Source: a virus
DNA length: 33,301 bases
IMG/VR virus record: IMGVR_UViG_3300021476_000002
Coordinates: 80,578 to 113,878 of that record
Direction: 5' to 3' (one strand)
Made by a program: the position numbers and the translations under genes. Position 1 is the stretch's first letter; every line of letters starts with the position of its first letter. Of the stretch, positions 17,798 through 24,918 are shown piece after piece. A model generated the notes under the pieces. That model saw only the letters and a program-made list of their open reading frames with translations, was not told the origin of the DNA and made no database searches.

Positions 17798-18120
17798 ACA
17801 GGCTTGAAAGAATCAAAGCGCGGCTAAAGACCCGAGAGGATAAGTCCTATCTTGAGGCGTTGTATGATTGCACAAGTAAGGGGAAGGCTATGCCGTATTA
17901 CGCCGATAAGGCCGCGCATGAGGATTTGGCGTGGTGTGTGGATTTGATTGAGAAATGGTGTGGGGTTGCTTTGGGATTGCAGCAGGCAGGCGGGCCGCGA
18001 ATGACTTATTATGGTCATTATGACGCCAGCGAGGGCGCGAAGTCCTGCCAATGCGATTGGTGCAAGGCCAACAGAAGGTTCTGGGATATGTATTCCGGTG
18101 GCGAGGAGGCTACGACATGA
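17794..18120 (+). CDS. Hypothetical protein
   Basis: GGAGGGG RBS with TTG start; SCQCDWC motif. Confidence 0.65.
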   Translation: MNRLERIKARLKTREDKSYLEALYDCTSKGKAMPYYADKAAHEDLAWCVDLIEKWCGVALGLQQAGGPRMTYYGHYDASEGAKSCQCDWCKANRRFWDMYSGGEEATT

Positions 18121-18317
18121 AAGGTCTTATCGTGGTTGCAGCGGCGTTGGTGGCTTTGATGTCACCGCAGGCGTTCACCTCAGCATATAATTATATGTCT
18201 GACTGTGGTTATATGCGCTGGCAGATATTTCAGATAATTGATCGTTGGGAACCGCCGATGCACTTAACGCAGATGATACGTAAGAACGGATACACGGAGG
18301 CAGCGTGCAACTTCTAA
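18117..18317 (+). CDS. Small secreted protein
   Basis: GAGGAGG RBS; signal-peptide-like N-terminus. Confidence 0.6.
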   Translation: MKGLIVVAAALVALMSPQAFTSAYNYMSDCGYMRWQIFQIIDRWEPPMHLTQMIRKNGYTEAACNF

Positions 18318-18541
18318 AATTCACCACGGCGCTGCTCCTGCTGGTTACCATGTTAAATCTGCCATTACCCACCAAGGCCGAGGATGGCAAGTTGATTTGG
18401 TTAATTGTATGCCTGGGGAACAGATTGAACGGGATGTGCAATTACGTTACACCGCCCTATAGGTCTGTTCAAGCGTGCCAAGAGGCCGCGTTGGCGCTGC
18501 CCGATGTATCTGAATGGAGGTGTGTGGTAGATGATTTCTAA
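18305..18541 (+). CDS. Small secreted Cys-containing protein
   Basis: GGAGG RBS with GTG; signal peptide; YRSVQACQEAA..WRC. Confidence 0.6.
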   Translation: MQLLKFTTALLLLVTMLNLPLPTKAEDGKLIWLIVCLGNRLNGMCNYVTPPYRSVQACQEAALALPDVSEWRCVVDDF

Positions 18542-18728
18542 TTCGTTGCGTAGACCCAAGCAGTCTGACGTGCGGAAGTTGGTTGAGGCTGCGGAATTTG
18601 CTAGGAGCGTTTTGGATATGCTTTCTAGTGATTCCGAGATAGAGAACGACGATGAAGTAGGTAGTCAGGAGTTCCTGGCATATCAGAGGCTTAACCTTGC
18701 CCTACAGCCGTGGGAGCGTAAGAAGTGA
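18531..18728 (+). CDS. Hypothetical protein
   Basis: GGAGGTG RBS. Confidence 0.6.
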   Translation: MISNSLRRPKQSDVRKLVEAAEFARSVLDMLSSDSEIENDDEVGSQEFLAYQRLNLALQPWERKK

Positions 18729-18818
18729 GACATCTTGATGTAGCGGATTGGGTGTACATTGTTGGCGTTACGATTGTAATGTTTGGGTGGTTATTTATCG
18801 TGAACGCGATGCGATGAA

Positions 18819-18989
18819 ATGATTCTTTACGGCGACATTGTTGAAGAGATTTTTGAGTGTGGTGAGTGCGGCCAATCCATCTCAGAGAAAGAGTGGGTGA
18901 ATAATTGGGGTGTTTGCGATAAATGTTTCGAGAGAGATTGTCCGTGCAATTATGGTGGTGACTGCCCGTTTCATGGTCATGCCCGGTAG
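18819..18989 (+). CDS. Small zinc-binding protein
   Basis: Hand translation: FECGECG..VCDKC..CPC..CPFH. Confidence 0.5.
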   Translation: MILYGDIVEEIFECGECGQSISEKEWVNNWGVCDKCFERDCPCNYGGDCPFHGHAR

Positions 18990-19005
18990 TTTGTGGGGAA
19001 AGTGG

Positions 19006-19167
19006 ATGAAGTCCGTGTTGGAAGCCGCCGAGGTGGCGGGCACGGTGGTTGGTTGTGATGATTGCGGAGAGGCGTTGAATAGTGCTAATATGGACGTGGT
19101 AGAGATAGACGATGATGTTCTGCTTCTATGCACCGAATGCGCGTTACTCAGGAGGGGGATGATATGA
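19006..19167 (+). CDS. Small zinc-ribbon protein
   Basis: CDDCG..LLCTEC. Confidence 0.55.
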   Translation: MKSVLEAAEVAGTVVGCDDCGEALNSANMDVVEIDDDVLLLCTECALLRRGMI

Positions 19168-19322
19168 GACGAATCGGGGAACGGCAAATAGTGCAGACAT
19201 GGCTAGACGGTTTCAAAGAAGGTCTCAAGGTCGCCAAGAAAGTTTTGGCGGACATGGAAGTTCATTATCCGAAAGAGTTCAACAAGAACTACAAGCAAGC
19301 GACAAAGAAGTTGAAGTCGTAG
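19164..19322 (+). CDS. Hypothetical protein
   Basis: GGAGGGGG RBS; ATGA overlap. Confidence 0.55.
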   Translation: MRRIGERQIVQTWLDGFKEGLKVAKKVLADMEVHYPKEFNKNYKQATKKLKS

Positions 19323-19599
19323 TGCGTCGGTTCTGGCGTCTCTTCCGGGAATGGCAGAGATGGCGCGGGTCAGGCGTAGGCCATTTTTGGTACGACTTTG
19401 CATATGGCATGGAATCGGGATATCCTATATGCTGTGCGTTGGAATATTCGATTCGCGCAGCGCGTGGGCAGGCTCCGGCTGTGGTGACGGGATGTTATGA
19501 CTCATTAGTTTGCAATGCTCCTATGGTGCATTGTTGGATTCATAGGTGGCTTGGCCATAAGCCTTTCAGTAAATCCACCGAAAAGAAAATGGCTAAGCC

Positions 19600-19815
19600 A
19601 TGTATGAGTTGATTTATCCTTTCTCAGTGGAGTTTGAATGTCCTATGTGCGGCAACGAGATAAGATGGCCGGGAGAGATTTTTGAACATTGGGAAGATGG
19701 TATTGTTCCTGCTTTCTGTTCTGAATGCGGATGTAATTTCACCATAGACGAAGACTTGAAATTGACCGCTAGGCATGTAAGTGATTGCCAATTCTTGGGA
19801 AGGAGAAACCGATGA
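19600..19815 (+). CDS. Small zinc-ribbon protein
   Basis: FECPMCG..FCSECG. Confidence 0.6.
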   Translation: MYELIYPFSVEFECPMCGNEIRWPGEIFEHWEDGIVPAFCSECGCNFTIDEDLKLTARHVSDCQFLGRRNR

Positions 19816-20027
19816 GGCGTTGGACACCTGGAAAGGGTAAGGTTAATGTCCACAAGGAATCAAGGCTGTATCGCGTGACGCTGCGCGAGTCTGAATTCAA
19901 CATAGATCAATGGTCGGAGGTTGTTGAGGCGCATAGTCCCAACGAAGCCAGGAACAAAATCAGGGACTCGCACGATATGGTAAAGGTAGCAATTGTTGGC
20001 ACCTCAATCCTTTCGAGGAAACCTTGA
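19812..20027 (+). CDS. Hypothetical protein
   Basis: AAGGAG RBS; VVEAHSPNEARNKI. Confidence 0.6.
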   Translation: MRRWTPGKGKVNVHKESRLYRVTLRESEFNIDQWSEVVEAHSPNEARNKIRDSHDMVKVAIVGTSILSRKP

Positions 20028-20245
20028 TGGGCAGGACTAATCATTGGCAGTATGTTGACAAGCGTGAGGGTATCAAGTTTGAAGTAATTACTAACCACGT
20101 GAATGATGTCTACCTGCGCGTTGAGAACAAACTAGAGCAGTACCTTGGGTCACTTGATGGGCGGGCGCTAAAGGATTTGACACGCCGTTTATCGAAGGTA
20201 CAAGAGGAATTGAGGCACGCTAAGAATTACGGGAGGAGCCGGTAG
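20024..20245 (+). CDS. Hypothetical protein
   Basis: GAGG RBS; overlap-coupled. Confidence 0.6.
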   Translation: MMGRTNHWQYVDKREGIKFEVITNHVNDVYLRVENKLEQYLGSLDGRALKDLTRRLSKVQEELRHAKNYGRSR

Positions 20246-20682
20246 TGAAAATCTATTGGGCAGGTCCATTGTTTACAACCGCAGAGCGTGCGTGGAACAG
20301 GTTTATGGTTGAGGCTCTTAGAAAGAATGGTCATGATGTGTTTCTCCCGCAAGAAGATGAGCCGCGTGAGAAAACGGCAGAGAGTATCTTTGAGCATGAT
20401 GTGGACGGTTTGGAAACCTCCGATGTTGTTGTGGCTGTGGTTGACGGCGCGGACCCAGACTCCGGCACATCCTGGGAGATAGGGTACGCTTATAGTATTG
20501 GTATGCCAATCGTTCTTGTTCGGACGGACTTCCGTGGAAGACACGAGGGAGTTGCTCTTCCTCCAATCAACATAATGTTGGCAGAATCAGCCAACGAGGT
20601 TGTGTATGTTGAGATAGACAAGGACCCTGTAATACCAATTCTAAAGGCGCTAGACAAATTGAACGAAGTGAGGATGCTGTGA
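20245..20682 (+). CDS. Nucleoside 2-deoxyribosyltransferase family protein
   Basis: KIYWAGPLFT..VFLPQE..IFEHDVDGLETSDVVVA..DSGTSWEIGYAY..PIVLVRTDFR. Confidence 0.9.
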   Translation: MKIYWAGPLFTTAERAWNRFMVEALRKNGHDVFLPQEDEPREKTAESIFEHDVDGLETSDVVVAVVDGADPDSGTSWEIGYAYSIGMPIVLVRTDFRGRHEGVALPPINIMLAESANEVVYVEIDKDPVIPILKALDKLNEVRML

Positions 20683-20945
20683 TGGAAGGTGACGTGATTA
20701 CGCCGGAGCAGTTTGCCATTCAGGGTCTCGAAGCCCAGGTATCGTATTGGATGCGGCAATGGGGAATTTTGAGGAAAGAGGAGAGGTTTTTGCGTGAACG
20801 TGTCCGGGCTTTATTGGAGTTTCATAGGGTTGGCAACGAATTGGCTGACGCCGCTGCGTTTGTGGTTAAAAATGTGGAATTGGGCGTAAGCCTTAAAGGT
20901 ATCAACGAATTGCAGGAAGCGGTAGAGAAGTGGAGGAAGGTCTAA
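20679..20945 (+). CDS. Hypothetical coiled-coil protein
   Basis: GAGG RBS; overlap. Confidence 0.6.
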   Translation: MMEGDVITPEQFAIQGLEAQVSYWMRQWGILRKEERFLRERVRALLEFHRVGNELADAAAFVVKNVELGVSLKGINELQEAVEKWRKV

Positions 20946-21259
20946 TGCGGATTAGGCGCGAGAAGCGCGGCAGGACTATTTATTTTGACTACGAATGGAA
21001 TAACTGGACGACACCTCCACAAGCCGTAGCCGCAACCGTTAGAGTGTTCCCCGCTGAAGGTGAAACTGTGGATGAGGTGTCTAGTGATATCCGTGAACTG
21101 TTTGGGACAATTAAGGAAGAGCGAGACAAGTTCAAAAGGGTACTACTTGATATCTTCACGGCTGTGACGGTTGCGCCGAAGCAGGACGCTGAGGACGTGT
21201 ACGATCATGTCAATGCTATTTTGAAGGATGCGGGGTTTACGTGGGAGGCGAAGGTATGA
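20945..21259 (+). CDS. Hypothetical protein
   Basis: GGAGGAAGG RBS; TAATG overlap. Confidence 0.62.
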   Translation: MRIRREKRGRTIYFDYEWNNWTTPPQAVAATVRVFPAEGETVDEVSSDIRELFGTIKEERDKFKRVLLDIFTAVTVAPKQDAEDVYDHVNAILKDAGFTWEAKV

Positions 21260-21525
21260 AGGTTGAGGGGATTCACATTGCTACATTGATTGGCGCTTTG
21301 ATGTTTTTGGCTATTGTGTGGCACGAGGTAGACACAGCGCAGCATCAATGGCATCTGTACGAGTTGCAGCCGTATGAGGTGAGGGTTAGCAGCGGAATTG
21401 AAAGCCGATACGTAGGCTTGGATTGGTTTTTAATCGGGTCGTATCGGACGCTGAAGGATTGCGAGGCTGCGGCGGCAGACCAGGATTCATACTTTTGTGG
21501 CCTGAAAGATAACCGCCCGGAGTAG
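21256..21525 (+). CDS. Membrane-anchored hypothetical protein
   Basis: TM helix; YRTLKDCEAAA..YFC resembles the end of 18305-18541. Confidence 0.6.
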   Translation: MKVEGIHIATLIGALMFLAIVWHEVDTAQHQWHLYELQPYEVRVSSGIESRYVGLDWFLIGSYRTLKDCEAAAADQDSYFCGLKDNRPE

Positions 21526-21529
21526 AGCG

Positions 21530-21715
21530 ATGAAAAAACTCGCGGGTTTTCTTAGTAGAGTAATTTTGGGAGCGATTATCATTGCGCTAGTTATTGTCGT
21601 TATAGCAGGAATCGCGGGAAGTAATACGGTAAGAATTGCTTTGGCAGGACTTATATTGGTTGCGCTTTCATGGTTTTTTGGAGATGCGTTTATTATGGCA
21701 TGGAAAGATTTTTAA
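21530..21715 (+). CDS. Two-TM membrane microprotein
   Basis: Two hydrophobic helices; GGAG RBS. Confidence 0.65.
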   Translation: MKKLAGFLSRVILGAIIIALVIVVIAGIAGSNTVRIALAGLILVALSWFFGDAFIMAWKDF

Positions 21716-21727
21716 GGAGGAGAAAAG

Positions 21728-22036
21728 GTGGCGCTTAAAAGCCAGCGATACGCAATCGAAGGAACATATCTAACGAACGTTCCGAGGGGTGAGCGAACCC
21801 CGCCAGATGGTCAGCCATGGGAGGGAGTTCTGTTTTGTTGGAGAATTAAGCGATATGCGCCTAGCAGTAGGAAAAGACGTGGCTTTTCGCAGTACCATAG
21901 ATTCTTGGTGAGCCTAAAAGGGAGTAGCAAGCGTGATTTGGCCGAACAGGTATCCGAATGGGTCAAGCGTTACAAGGCGCGTATTGTGTCGGACGAGACG
22001 GCAAGTAAATACCGGGCAAGGATGTTTCGAGATTAA
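21728..22036 (+). CDS. Hypothetical basic protein
   Basis: AAGGAGG RBS with GTG. Confidence 0.65.
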   Translation: MALKSQRYAIEGTYLTNVPRGERTPPDGQPWEGVLFCWRIKRYAPSSRKRRGFSQYHRFLVSLKGSSKRDLAEQVSEWVKRYKARIVSDETASKYRARMFRD

Positions 22037-22039
22037 AAA

Positions 22040-22237
22040 GTGGTGACTCAACGGCGTAAGCCTACCGATGCAGCGTATCGAATTGGCCGTGAAGCCTTTC
22101 TGAACGGTAAGGATAGATTGTCTAATCCATACACAGATAAGCGGACTGTGGCGGGATACGTAACATACTCTAGGGCTTTCAGACGGGCGTGGTGGAAGGG
22201 TTGGGATGAAGCGAAACTCAAGGAGGCATCTTTGTGA
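22040..22237 (+). CDS. Rmf/CrpP-fold small protein (ribosome modulation factor-like)
   Basis: AYRIGREAFLNG..NPY..RAWWKGWDEA matches the Rmf-type G-x2-A-x3-G..PY..W-x2-GW pattern. Confidence 0.65.
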   Translation: MVTQRRKPTDAAYRIGREAFLNGKDRLSNPYTDKRTVAGYVTYSRAFRRAWWKGWDEAKLKEASL

Positions 22238-22382
22238 AGAAACTGTTCGAGGTTCGATTTAGCGGCTCGTTTGAGGTTGAGGCGCAGGATGAGAACGAAG
22301 CGCAGGCCACAGCCGAGGATATGTTGAATCATAGAATCATGAATGAGTACGTTGAGGAATGGGAAGTGGAGGAGATTCCTGA

Positions 22383-22607
22383 ATGAGTTGGGCGCAGACG
22401 TGGAGTAAACAGACCGGGCGTTACCTTTGGACTATTGCGTGGCATCCATTTGCCATTACGGTCGGATTTACTGTCAGTCGAAGGTTGGTGTGGGTTGGTT
22501 TTCTATTTCTCAGCGTGACGGTGTGGTATAGTCCGAAGCCGAAACTAAAGCAGAAGCAATGGACGGCTGAGGAAAGTCGAGCAAGTTTTGCGCGATGGCC
22601 GTCATGA
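22383..22607 (+). CDS. Hypothetical protein
   Basis: GGAGGAG RBS. Confidence 0.55.
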   Translation: MSWAQTWSKQTGRYLWTIAWHPFAITVGFTVSRRLVWVGFLFLSVTVWYSPKPKLKQKQWTAEESRASFARWPS

Positions 22608-22798
22608 GGCGTATTTGTGTGTTCATACACCCAGATCAGCGGCGCTGGTGGCTTGAATGTAGCAATATCGAGTGGATGGTTTGCGGTAAGTGTCAGGAGA
22701 GAATCAAGTACGGCGAACGTACTGACCCAAGCATGGAGCCGTGGTGGCAACAGGTGTATAATCGGACATACAACCAAGGTGAGGTGAAGCAGGGATGA
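22604..22798 (+). CDS. Small zinc-binding protein
   Basis: ICVFIH..VCGKC. Confidence 0.5.
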   Translation: MRRICVFIHPDQRRWWLECSNIEWMVCGKCQERIKYGERTDPSMEPWWQQVYNRTYNQGEVKQG

Positions 22799-22936
22799 AC
22801 AGGCTAACTGAATTCATGTACCGGTTGATAGGGTGGCTTGAGCCGTTCTTTCTGATGTTCCTGGTGCTGGTGGCCTTTGCCACGATGCTTGCGGTCGTAT
22901 GGCTCGGTTGGCGGGCGTTCGCGGGGAGGTAGGGCG

Positions 22937-23164
22937 TTGGTCGTTGAGGGTGACAAGGGACTGGTACAGGTTGCTATGAGTGAGGAGGAATTTCAGCGTA
23001 GTTTGCGCGAGGTGGAGAAGTCCACTACGATGTACTTTTTGGGGCCAATCAAGAACGCCATTCGGTTGATTAGGGAAGGCTACGTCGGACAGGCAATATC
23101 CGTTTTGGAGGGCGTTGTGATCGAGGTTGAAAAGCCGGTTATATTGCCTACGAGCAGCCTATGA
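22937..23164 (+). CDS. Hypothetical protein
   Basis: GGGGAGGT RBS before TTG 22937. Confidence 0.55.
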   Translation: MVVEGDKGLVQVAMSEEEFQRSLREVEKSTTMYFLGPIKNAIRLIREGYVGQAISVLEGVVIEVEKPVILPTSSL

Positions 23165-23376
23165 AGACCATCACCGAGAAGCACACGTGGAAATGCTTTG
23201 TCTGTCAGAAGGAAGAGTCATACGAGCACATACGGTTGGAGTTTGAAGTTCCCTACCAGTTACACGCTGTGCCTACCGGGTGGCGTCGTGTGATAAGCGG
23301 TGGAAGTATGGGTGCGCCGTATTATACTGATTTCTGCCCTAATTGTTGGACGACTGAAATACTCGAATACGTGTGA
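23161..23376 (+). CDS. Small zinc-binding protein
   Basis: WKCFVC..PTGW..DFCPNC. Confidence 0.6.
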   Translation: MKTITEKHTWKCFVCQKEESYEHIRLEFEVPYQLHAVPTGWRRVISGGSMGAPYYTDFCPNCWTTEILEYV

Positions 23377-23388
23377 AGTTTCTCCTTT

Positions 23389-23503
23389 GCCTGTCAATGG
23401 TTGTGACAGAGCGATTTTTGAATTCCCGCTGGAAAATCTTTCGTAGGACCGGTTGGTACTACTGGTGTTTGCGCCAGTGGTGGGTAGAGCGTTCTCCAGA
23501 GGG
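23389..23503 (+). other. Structured intergenic segment (hairpin with T-run, then long irregular stem-loop)
   Basis: CTGTCA/TGACAG hairpin then GATTTTT; nested pairings CCC/GGG, CTGGA/TCCAG, ACC/GGT and TACTACTGGTG/CGCCAGTGGTG. Confidence 0.4.
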
Positions 23504-23542
23504 TAAGAGTTTAGAAGAGATACTTCAGCGCGAGGATTAGCC

Positions 23543-23791
23543 ATGGATTTTGTATCACAACCGTATTTCTGGCAGGCCGTCGCGGCGATGATAGGATTGT
23601 TTGCGACTGTTATAGGGCCATTGGTAGGGCTTTTTGTTTGGATGGTTCGCAAAGAGCATAACCGTAGCGATAAGGTTACAAGTGTTCTTGAGAATCACTT
23701 CGAGCATTCCGCAAGGCGCGACGAGGAAATTATCAAACACATGGAGCATACGAATACTGTTTTGGACATCCTTGTGCAGAGGATGAAGTAA
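23543..23791 (+). CDS. Holin-like single-TM protein (BhlA/UviB-like architecture)
   Basis: GAGG RBS; one N-terminal TM helix followed by a charged coiled coil. No endolysin is seen nearby, so the function is tentative. Confidence 0.5.
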   Translation: MDFVSQPYFWQAVAAMIGLFATVIGPLVGLFVWMVRKEHNRSDKVTSVLENHFEHSARRDEEIIKHMEHTNTVLDILVQRMK

Positions 23792-23967
23792 TGTATGACC
23801 CACGAGAGGTCTACAATTATTTGGTGTACTGCATGGCGTGTGGAATAGAAATGTTTGACATTGATGTTTCTGAAGACGTTCCTATATGCGAGTCATGCTG
23901 CAATGATATCCACACGCAGGCCGTGAATACGTTGACATTTGCTTGCCTTGACGACAAGATAGAATGA
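23791..23967 (+). CDS. Small zinc-binding protein
   Basis: Hand translation: YCMACG..PICESC; TAATG overlap. Confidence 0.55.
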   Translation: MYDPREVYNYLVYCMACGIEMFDIDVSEDVPICESCCNDIHTQAVNTLTFACLDDKIE

Positions 23968-24068
23968 TAAGTCATGGACACGCCGCCGACGACTTGGCAA
24001 ATCGTCTTCGCGGCTACGATGTTCGTGGTGGTGCTTGTATCGTGGTGGTGGATGTGGTATCATGATGA

Positions 24069-24410
24069 ATGAACAGCCTCCTTCGGGTGGCTACATCTAC
24101 AGACAATCGGGGCCTAACATGGCCCCTTTTGATTTGGGAAAGAATAGGAGTGGAGCAGATCATGGGAGCCGTTAGGGCTATTCCTCACATTCGAGACCCT
24201 TGGGGTTTCTTCTTTTCTCATAACAAGGCTCTTGTGATGGATATGGTGAAGTGCCCGGAGTTGGCGCGGGCCGCACGTATGGTCTGCGAGGGCGCTAACA
24301 GGTGGATGTGGTCTAGGGGAGTCGCGGCGGAAGACTTAGATGTTGTAGGTATGACCACGCGGGACGGCTACATTGTAATCAAACTCGGGAAGAAGGAGGA
24401 CCAGGGGTGA
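24069..24410 (+). CDS. Hypothetical protein
   Basis: 113-aa ORF coupled to groES. Confidence 0.6.
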   Translation: MNSLLRVATSTDNRGLTWPLLIWERIGVEQIMGAVRAIPHIRDPWGFFFSHNKALVMDMVKCPELARAARMVCEGANRWMWSRGVAAEDLDVVGMTTRDGYIVIKLGKKEDQG

Positions 24411-24691
24411 GCGGGTACAAAGCGATATCTTTGGGGAAGCACGTGCTGGTGGAGGTGTGGGCGGCTGAAGAGCAGACAGAAAGCGGAATCTTCCTTCCGC
24501 AGCAAGCAAGGGAGAAGCCGCAGATTGGGGTCGTGAAAAGCGTTGGCCCGGCGGTGACGCAGGAGATTGCCGAGGGCGACACAGTTGCGTTCTCGAAGTA
24601 CGCAGGCGTTGAATTGGACATGCCCGACAAGAAGACGTACTGTGTGCTGAGCGAGGTGGACATATTTTGTAAGATCGTAAAGGAGGAATAG
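24407..24691 (+). CDS. groES: Co-chaperonin GroES (Cpn10)
   Basis: LGKHVLV..EEQTESGIFLP..EKPQIGVVKSVGP..GDTVAFSKYAGVEL..LSEVDI; AAGGAGG RBS. Confidence 0.93.
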   Translation: MSGYKAISLGKHVLVEVWAAEEQTESGIFLPQQAREKPQIGVVKSVGPAVTQEIAEGDTVAFSKYAGVELDMPDKKTYCVLSEVDIFCKIVKEE

Positions 24692-24694
24692 CCT

Positions 24695-24790
24695 ATGTGG
24701 TGGTGGTGGTTGCTAGGAATCGGAGCGTTTGCGTTGGCGGTAGTTTATTTTGTTTGGCTATGGGTTGCGGTAATTTCTCAAATCGAATAG
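24695..24790 (+). CDS. 31-aa Trp-rich membrane peptide A
   Basis: AAGGAGG RBS; MWWWWLLGIGAFALAVVYFVWLWVAVISQIE. Confidence 0.6.
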   Translation: MWWWWLLGIGAFALAVVYFVWLWVAVISQIE

Positions 24791-24797
24791 GAGTGGA

Positions 24798-24908
24798 ATG
24801 AAGATGTGGCCATGGTTATTGTTGTTAGGAATCGTGGCGGCGATGGTGCTGGTGATAGGTCTTCTTATTTGGGGAATTTGGGTTACGATAATTTCTCAAA
24901 ACGAATAG
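24798..24908 (+). CDS. 36-aa Trp-rich membrane peptide B (paralog of A)
   Basis: AGGAG RBS; MKMWPWLLLLGIVAAMVLVIGLLIWGIWVTIISQNE. Confidence 0.6.
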   Translation: MKMWPWLLLLGIVAAMVLVIGLLIWGIWVTIISQNE

Positions 24909-24918
24909 GAGCACGTTT

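Noticed and set aside
23377-23542. tRNA gene in the intergenic gap
   Set aside because: No T-arm GTTCRA motif or cloverleaf; no tRNA was recognised by eye anywhere in the window.
23932-23965. Promoter from TTGACA/TTGCTT and TAGAAT
   Set aside because: Spacers are 22 or 15 nt and the site lies inside a plausible small ORF.
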